Position numbers and translations under genes: made by a program. A stretch of DNA of 64,000 bases, taken from assembly GCA_003151615.1 (NCBI GenBank), contig PLXZ01000004.1:173285-237284 (forward strand), written 5' to 3'. The stretch comes from Candidatus Tayloriibacteriota bacterium (GTDB lineage Bacteria > Patescibacteriota > Minisyncoccia > Phycocordibacterales > PALSA-1337). Positions 57,794 through 64,000 of this stretch are shown here, piece after piece. The notes beneath the pieces are model-generated. The model searched no databases and was not told the origin of the DNA. It saw only the letters and a list, made by a program, of their open reading frames with translations. The number at the start of each line of letters is the position of its first letter. Within the stretch, counting starts at the first letter, position 1.

Positions 57794-58819
57794 ATGGCTT
57801 TACTTATGAGCATTTTCTCGCCAAAACTCGGCATCGACCTCGGCACCGCGAATACGCTGGTGTTTCTTCCAGGTAAGGGAATTGTGCTCAATGAACCCTC
57901 TGTTGTCGCTGTTTCGGAACAGGACAAAAAAGTTCTCGCGGTTGGAAATGAAGCGAAAGCCATGATTGGCCGAACGCCGGATTCAATCATTGCGTACCGT
58001 CCAATGAAGGACGGCGTCATCGCGGATTATCGCGTGACCGAGGCCATGCTCCGCTACTTCATCAACAAAGCCCTCGGCAAATGGAATATTTTCAAACCGG
58101 AAGTAATGGTGTCGGTTCCGGCCGGAATTACTTCAACGGAACGCCGCGCGGTCATCGAGGCGACAATCAAAGCCGGCGCGAAAAATGCGTACGTCGTGAA
58201 GGAACCGATCCTCGCCGCCATCGGCGCGGGCATTCCGATTCAGGAAGCGAAGGGCCACATGGTTGTTGACATCGGCGGAGGCACGACCGACGTCGCTGTT
58301 ATTTCTCTCGGCGGCATTGTGTCATCGACTTCCGTAAAATGCGCCGGGAATAAAATCGACGCGTCGATTGCCGACTATATAAAGAAAACTTTTAATCTCG
58401 CAATCGGAGACAAAACGGCCGAAGACATTAAAATCCAAATTGGTTCGGCTATCCCTCTCGAAGAAGAACTTTCAATGATTGTGAAAGGCCGCGATTTCAT
58501 TACAGGTCTGCCGCGTTCAACAGAAATAAAAACAAATGAAATTGTGAAAGCCGTCAGTCGTGATCTCCGTGACATGATTAAAGCCATGAAGGACGTGTTG
58601 CAGGAAACACCGCCGGAATTGGCTGCGGACATCATCGACCAGGGAATCATCATGACCGGTGGCACGTCAATGCTCCGAAATCTTCCGGAACTCGTTCTCC
58701 GTCGCACCGGAGTGAAGGCCGTTTTGGCCGAAGACGCTTTATTCTGCGTGGCGAAGGGAACGGGGATTGCCCTTGAACACCTCGATACCTATAAAAAATC
58801 CATAATTACAAAGCGTTAA
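57794..58819 (+). CDS. mreB: Rod shape-determining protein MreB
   Basis: GIDLGTANT, EPSVVA, DIGGGTTD, TGG. Confidence 0.97.
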   Translation: MALLMSIFSPKLGIDLGTANTLVFLPGKGIVLNEPSVVAVSEQDKKVLAVGNEAKAMIGRTPDSIIAYRPMKDGVIADYRVTEAMLRYFINKALGKWNIFKPEVMVSVPAGITSTERRAVIEATIKAGAKNAYVVKEPILAAIGAGIPIQEAKGHMVVDIGGGTTDVAVISLGGIVSSTSVKCAGNKIDASIADYIKKTFNLAIGDKTAEDIKIQIGSAIPLEEELSMIVKGRDFITGLPRSTEIKTNEIVKAVSRDLRDMIKAMKDVLQETPPELAADIIDQGIIMTGGTSMLRNLPELVLRRTGVKAVLAEDALFCVAKGTGIALEHLDTYKKSIITKR

Positions 58820-58879
58820 TTTGCATTAGTTATCAACAGACGGTTGAGCGGGATTTTGCACATTTGCTATAATTTCCGC

Positions 58880-59125
58880 ATGAATCCGGCACATAAACAC
58901 AAGACGATAGTTTACATAATTCTAGGCATTATCATAGTCGTTCTTCTCGGTGCATACATATATACGGTTCTCGAGAACAGCATGTCGAATCAGCAATCCG
59001 CGGTTTCGTCTCAGACGGCTGCCCAGATCACGGCCCAGAGGCAAGCCGCGCTGGAACCGTTCACGCCAACGCGCTTTACCGCCGCGGAAATAAAGGCACA
59101 GCAGGCAATGCTGATAAAGCATTAA
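58880..59125 (+). CDS. Small single-TM protein
   Basis: Hydrophobic helix after MNPAHKHK. Confidence 0.55.
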   Translation: MNPAHKHKTIVYIILGIIIVVLLGAYIYTVLENSMSNQQSAVSSQTAAQITAQRQAALEPFTPTRFTAAEIKAQQAMLIKH

Positions 59126-59153
59126 TTACGTCAATTATTTTTTTAAATATCAT

Positions 59154-59792
59154 ATGAAAAAAAATATCATAAATTCAACAAAGACTCTCGTGCTTGCCGT
59201 TATCCTCGCCACCGGAGTCAGCTACCTCTTCGCATGGACTGGACCGACAGCAACACCTCCAGGCAACAACACAGCAGCGCCACTCTCCGTCGCAACTTCT
59301 TCACAAACCAAGATGGGCCCGCTTATTCTCAACTACGCAAACCTAGTCACTCCAGGTCTCGAAGTTCTCGGCGGAATTCAAATCGTTGACGGTACGCAGG
59401 GCGTGGGCAAAGTGCTCCGTTCCGATGCCAACGGCGTTTCAAGCTGGGTTGCGACGAGTTCACTCGGTATTTCAGGAGGAAGCTCGGGTGTTTCTCAGAT
59501 AACTGCCGGTACCCGAGTTACCGTTACCCCTTCAGGGGGCACTGGAAATGTGACAGTCAACAGCTCTGCGACAGGAACAATCGGTGGAGGATGCTATGAA
59601 ACCTCTTCAGACCAAACTATTGATACTAATCCGCCTGCCCGTGGATGGGGAAACGGAACCCCGACTGGCGCAACTACGCAATATGCCGGCTGCAGCTGTT
59701 CTGCTGGTTATACTTCGCAGATGGTATATGGTCAGGCCAATAACGGCATCAGCGCCAGTGGAAATTACGCTTTCCTCTGTGTTGCGAATTAA
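59154..59792 (+). CDS. Secreted/fibre-like hypothetical protein
   Basis: Signal + AWTGPTATPPGNN; GKVLRSDANG..SW. Confidence 0.65.
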   Translation: MKKNIINSTKTLVLAVILATGVSYLFAWTGPTATPPGNNTAAPLSVATSSQTKMGPLILNYANLVTPGLEVLGGIQIVDGTQGVGKVLRSDANGVSSWVATSSLGISGGSSGVSQITAGTRVTVTPSGGTGNVTVNSSATGTIGGGCYETSSDQTIDTNPPARGWGNGTPTGATTQYAGCSCSAGYTSQMVYGQANNGISASGNYAFLCVAN

Positions 59793-59814
59793 ATAAGCAG
59801 TTCATAAGACAATT

Positions 59815-60525
59815 ATGGCGACGCAACAGAGCATAAAAAACCACCATGCGTACGCTATTGAAGGCGGCGCGGGAAAGGTTTCAGTACTCAAAAAAAACAT
59901 CGCGGATATTTTTGGATTTTCAATCTTGCCGTCCAATCCTGATTTTTTTCACGAGAAATTCGAGACTTTGACGATCGAAGACAGCCGCAGAATCCGTGAA
60001 ATTCATTCAAGCAAGGCTTTTTCGGCAGACAGCCCGAGAATTTTTATAATTGAAATGTATGGAGCGACCCGCGAGGCTCAGAACGCTCTTCTGAAAATAA
60101 TCGAGGAACCTCAGCCCGGCAATTATTTTTTCTTTGTCGTTCCGTCGGTCAGCATTCTTTTGCCGACGGTGCTTTCGCGATTGCAGATTATGGATGTCGG
60201 AGGTTTGCCGGCGGTTGAAAACTTCGCAACTGACGCTACCGAAAATCACGCCACTAATTTTATTCGCATGCCGCTCGCGAAGAAAATCGCCTTTGTTGAC
60301 GAGCTCGCCGCATCAATCAGCGACGACAAAGTGCCGAAACACGAAGCGGTCGCTTTTCTCAACGGGCTTGAAAAAACACTTTATGATTCGTGGAAAAAAG
60401 ACCGGACTGCCGGCGTTGTTTCGGCGCGGAAACAATTCGAGACAATCGCCCGCGCCCGGGATTACATCAACGACCGCGCTCCGTCGGTAAAAATGTTGCT
60501 GGAATATGTCGCACTTTCTCTTTGA
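59815..60525 (+). CDS. holB: DNA polymerase III delta'-like subunit
   Basis: HHAY, EAQNALLKIIEEP, LPTVLSR. Confidence 0.8.
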   Translation: MATQQSIKNHHAYAIEGGAGKVSVLKKNIADIFGFSILPSNPDFFHEKFETLTIEDSRRIREIHSSKAFSADSPRIFIIEMYGATREAQNALLKIIEEPQPGNYFFFVVPSVSILLPTVLSRLQIMDVGGLPAVENFATDATENHATNFIRMPLAKKIAFVDELAASISDDKVPKHEAVAFLNGLEKTLYDSWKKDRTAGVVSARKQFETIARARDYINDRAPSVKMLLEYVALSL

Positions 60526-60555
60526 TGTCGGAGGATTTTGCTGTATAATGACTGC

Positions 60556-61107
60556 ATGACATACGACTTTTCAAAATTTAAAAAACACGTTTCCGCGGGC
60601 GAGGAATGGCTGAAGAAGGAATATTCGAGTTTGCGTACCGGCCAGGCAAACCCGGCCCTCCTGGACTCGGTTAAGGTTGATTCTTACGGCGCTCCCGTCC
60701 CCATTTCTCAGATCGGAAGCATTACGACCGAAGGTGCGCGGACTCTCCGCATTACTCCATGGGACGCGTCGCAGATAAAAGAAATAGAGAAGGCAATCAT
60801 CGTCGCTTCTCTTGGCGTATCTGTTGTAGTGGACGATAAAGGTTTGCGCGTGAATGTGCCTGATTTGACCGCAGAACGCCGCACTCAGATTTTGAAAATT
60901 GCGAAGGAAAAATTGGAGGACGCTCGAAAAACCATGCGCGCCCATCGCGACGACGTCATGAAGGATCTCCAGGCGCAGGAAAAAGGAGGCGGACTCGGAA
61001 AGGATGATGTTTTTCGCCTGAAGGCCGAAGCGCAGAAAATCATCGACGATTCCAATAAAAAGATGGAGGAGATTTACGCGAAGAAGGAAAAGGAGATTCA
61101 AAGCTAA
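60556..61107 (+). CDS. frr: Ribosome recycling factor
   Basis: LRTGQANPALLD, PDLTAERR, KEKEI. Confidence 0.95.
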   Translation: MTYDFSKFKKHVSAGEEWLKKEYSSLRTGQANPALLDSVKVDSYGAPVPISQIGSITTEGARTLRITPWDASQIKEIEKAIIVASLGVSVVVDDKGLRVNVPDLTAERRTQILKIAKEKLEDARKTMRAHRDDVMKDLQAQEKGGGLGKDDVFRLKAEAQKIIDDSNKKMEEIYAKKEKEIQS

Positions 61108-61143
61108 TCATTCAGGAGAGCGATAGTCGCAGGAAATTTTTAC

Positions 61144-62244
61144 ATGATCATAATCACCGTTGCCATTTTTCTCATAGTTCTCGGTGTGCTTGTTTTTGTG
61201 CATGAACTGGGGCATTTTCTGATGGCTCGGGCTTTTGGAACACGTGTGGACGAATTCGCAATTGGTTTCGGCCCGAAAATCTGGAGCAGGCTCGGCACGG
61301 AAAAAAACGGCATTCGCATTTTGTATTCATTACGCGCCATTCCATTTGGAGGTTATGTAAAAATCTATGGTGAGAATGGCGAAGACGGCCCTGTGTCCGC
61401 CGATTCATTTGTCAATAAAAATCGCTTCAAACAGGTAGTTGTCCTGGCGGCGGGAATTTTCTTTAATTTTATTTTTGCTTGGTTTGTTATCAGTTTCGTC
61501 TTTATGATTGGTGCACCCGTCTCGCCGGATAGCTACACACAATATGCATCACGTATTCAGAACCAGCACGTCATTGTCGATGATGTTGTCATCGGTTCAC
61601 CTGCGGAGAAGGCAGGATTAAAAGCCGAAACAGTCATCACTTCTGTCGGGCCTGTTGGCGGAAATCAGATCGAACATCCTTCGGTTCAACAAATACAAAA
61701 TACTGTTAACACAGGCGCCGGCAAACCCGTTTTGATAAATGGAATTTCGGTAACCCCAGTGACGGGAATTGTTCCGGGAGCTTCTTCAACCTATGCGATC
61801 GGCATTGATATGGAAGATGCCGGAACGCTTCGACTGCCGCCGCTTAATGCAATCTGGGAAGGCGCCAAGTTCACGGTATTTATAATGCAAGAAACGATAC
61901 AGGGAGTTTGGGGCCTGATCGTCGGATTATTTCATCACGATACAGCGACATTGTCCCAAGTTTCTGGAGTCGTCGGCATTTACGGGTATGTCAGGGATGC
62001 CGTGCAAGTCGGTTTTATACATTTGCTCATGCTCGTCGCTGTTATTTCAGTTAATCTGGGTGTGCTGAACCTAGTTCCGTTTCCAGGTCTCGACGGCAGT
62101 CGCATTTTGGTTGTCGGTATAGAGGCGGTCATCCGTCGTCCACTCAAAGCCAGTGTTATGAGTGTTATTTATACCGGAGGTTTCTGCGCGCTGATACTTT
62201 TGAGTCTATTCATCGCGTACCACGACATTGCGACCAGATTATAG
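61144..62244 (+). CDS. rseP: RseP-like site-2 protease (M50) with PDZ domain
   Basis: HELGH, PFGGYV, NLVPFPGLDG. Confidence 0.92.
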   Translation: MIIITVAIFLIVLGVLVFVHELGHFLMARAFGTRVDEFAIGFGPKIWSRLGTEKNGIRILYSLRAIPFGGYVKIYGENGEDGPVSADSFVNKNRFKQVVVLAAGIFFNFIFAWFVISFVFMIGAPVSPDSYTQYASRIQNQHVIVDDVVIGSPAEKAGLKAETVITSVGPVGGNQIEHPSVQQIQNTVNTGAGKPVLINGISVTPVTGIVPGASSTYAIGIDMEDAGTLRLPPLNAIWEGAKFTVFIMQETIQGVWGLIVGLFHHDTATLSQVSGVVGIYGYVRDAVQVGFIHLLMLVAVISVNLGVLNLVPFPGLDGSRILVVGIEAVIRRPLKASVMSVIYTGGFCALILLSLFIAYHDIATRL

Positions 62245-62291
62245 TATACTTTTCGAATACTCATTTTGAATCACATTTGAATAACAGCCAT

Positions 62292-63554
62292 ATGCGCCAA
62301 TCCCAACTTTTCACAAAAACACGCAAAGAAGCCCCAAAAGACGAGGTTTCAAAGAACGCCCAGCTTTTGATTCGTGCCGGATATATTCACAAGGAAATGG
62401 CCGGTGTCTATTCGTTTTTACCGCTCGGTTTGCGCGTGATGGAAAAAATCACCGGAATCATTCGCGAAGAAATGAATGTGGTAGGTGGGCAGGAACTTTC
62501 ATTGACGGCTTTGCAGGATAAATCTCTCTGGGAAAAAACGGATCGATGGGATGATGCAAAGGTAGACAATTGGTTCAAAACAAAATTGAAAAATGGCACG
62601 GAAGTCGGACTCGGCATGACTCATGAGGAACCTCTGACTGCCATCATGGCTGAATATGTTTCTTCATACCGAGATTTGCCGATTGCCGCATATCAATTCC
62701 AGACAAAATTCCGAAACGAGACGCGTGCGAAAAGCGGTATCATGCGCGGCCGCGAATTCTTGATGAAGGATATGTATACTTTTTCTAAGGATGAAAAGGA
62801 ACACGCTGCATATTACGCGAAAATCCACGATGCATACATCAAAATATTCAAACGATTGGGAATCGGCGATACGACACATGCAACATTCGCGGCAGGAGGA
62901 ATCTTCAGCAAATATTCCGAAGAATTTCAGACCGAAAGCGAAGCAGGCGAAGACCTCATTTACGTGGATCCGAAAAGCGGCAAGGCCCTGAATAAAGAAG
63001 TTCTCACTGATGAAGTATTGGCTGATCTTGGTCTTTCTCGAGCTGATCTCGTCGAGAAAAAGTCCATCGAAGTTGGAAATATTTTCAATCTCGGCACGAA
63101 ATTTTCAGAACCTCTTGGCCTGACTTATTTGAATGAAAAGGGCGAGAAACAGCCGGTCATCATGGGATGCTATGGTCTCGGTCCTTCTCGAGCGATGGGG
63201 ACGATTGTTGAAGTTCTTTCCGACGAAAATGGAATTGTCTGGCCGAAATCCGTCGCACCTTTTGCGATTCATCTTGTCGTGTTGCATGACAAAGAGGGAA
63301 AAGACGGAACCGTAGGGAAAGCTGCCGAGGAATTATATTCTGATTTGACAAAACAAGGCTATGAAGTTTTGTTCGACGACCGTGAATTGCGTCCCGGCGA
63401 AAAATTTGCTGACAGCGATTTGATCGGTATACCATTGCGCATCGTTGTGTCTGAAAAAAATCTCGCTGAAGGGAAGTTGGAACTGAAACACCGCGCTTCT
63501 GGAAAAGTGGAGAAAATTACGGAGGCTGAACTTTCGGCAGTTTTGGCGAAATAG
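62292..63554 (+). CDS. proS: Prolyl-tRNA synthetase (short form)
   Basis: MRQSQLF, THEE, FRNETR...RGREF, GEKFADSDLIG. Confidence 0.95.
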   Translation: MRQSQLFTKTRKEAPKDEVSKNAQLLIRAGYIHKEMAGVYSFLPLGLRVMEKITGIIREEMNVVGGQELSLTALQDKSLWEKTDRWDDAKVDNWFKTKLKNGTEVGLGMTHEEPLTAIMAEYVSSYRDLPIAAYQFQTKFRNETRAKSGIMRGREFLMKDMYTFSKDEKEHAAYYAKIHDAYIKIFKRLGIGDTTHATFAAGGIFSKYSEEFQTESEAGEDLIYVDPKSGKALNKEVLTDEVLADLGLSRADLVEKKSIEVGNIFNLGTKFSEPLGLTYLNEKGEKQPVIMGCYGLGPSRAMGTIVEVLSDENGIVWPKSVAPFAIHLVVLHDKEGKDGTVGKAAEELYSDLTKQGYEVLFDDRELRPGEKFADSDLIGIPLRIVVSEKNLAEGKLELKHRASGKVEKITEAELSAVLAK

Positions 63555-63563
63555 GTTTTCACA

Positions 63564-64000
63564 ATGAAAACACTTCTTATTGATAACGGATCGACCTTAT
63601 TGACTAAGCTCGAGAAACTTATTCCGGGTGAAAAAATAGTTGCAAGTTTGGAGGATATAAGTTCTTTGTCCGATAACAATTATAATTTAATTGTTCTGTC
63701 CGGAGGGGGCAGATATATAGTTACCGGTAATGAGAATATTTTGAGGCCGGAAATGGGTCTGGTCCAATCAACCCAAGTGCCGATTATTGGTATTTGTTAT
63801 GGATGTGAAGTAATTGTCGATACGTTCGGGGGAACACTTGAAGAAATGCCAAGAAAAGAGAAAGGAATTATTGAGGTGGAAATTATATATCCGGATCCCA
63901 TTTTTGATGGAAAAAATATAGTGCGGGTGTACGAAAGTCACCAGTGGAGAATCAAATCGCTGCCAAAAGATTTTATAGTCTTGGCAAAATCATCTCACGG
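63564..64000 (+). CDS. Class I glutamine amidotransferase (truncated by window end)
   Basis: LLIDNGS, LSGG, PIIGICYG, ESH. Confidence 0.8.
   Translation, partial: MKTLLIDNGSTLLTKLEKLIPGEKIVASLEDISSLSDNNYNLIVLSGGGRYIVTGNENILRPEMGLVQSTQVPIIGICYGCEVIVDTFGGTLEEMPRKEKGIIEVEIIYPDPIFDGKNIVRVYESHQWRIKSLPKDFIVLAKSSH

Noticed and set aside
1-64000. Alternative genetic code (UGA = Gly, as in Gracilibacteria/SR1)
   Set aside because: Conserved genes are full length under code 11, and several end at TGA where expected (pilin, holB-like, first MTase).

Overview
The window looks like a Patescibacteria/CPR (Parcubacteria-like) chromosome read in standard code 11; this is inferred from gene content and style. 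The left flank (1-9.1 kb) holds pilin, cell-wall and surface genes. The right flank (45.2-64 kb) holds housekeeping genes (hpf/raiA, fmt, def, priA, HTH-murA, mreB, holB-like, frr, rseP, proS). Between them is a ~35.6 kb accessory tract (9135-44751) that ends exactly at the 3' end of a minus-strand tRNA-Asn(GTT) split by a group I intron. Nine junctions divide the tract. Each carries a (T)GCTCC-like core matching the tRNA 3' end, followed by one of two conserved right arms. The tract resolves into seven small integrase-less cassettes (0.8-4 kb, with their own promoters and terminators) and two larger elements, each ending in a large serine recombinase (LSR) gene that reads through the core. 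The right arms are open reading frames encoding alternative LSR C-terminal tails and differ mostly by synonymous changes. They also show the 5-bp attP/attB motif offset typical of serine integrases. The best candidate new system is therefore an integron-like, LSR-driven cassette array at a tRNA 3' end with swappable integrase tails. Both LSR elements also carry a copy of the same ~145-nt covarying structured RNA, which I do not recognise.
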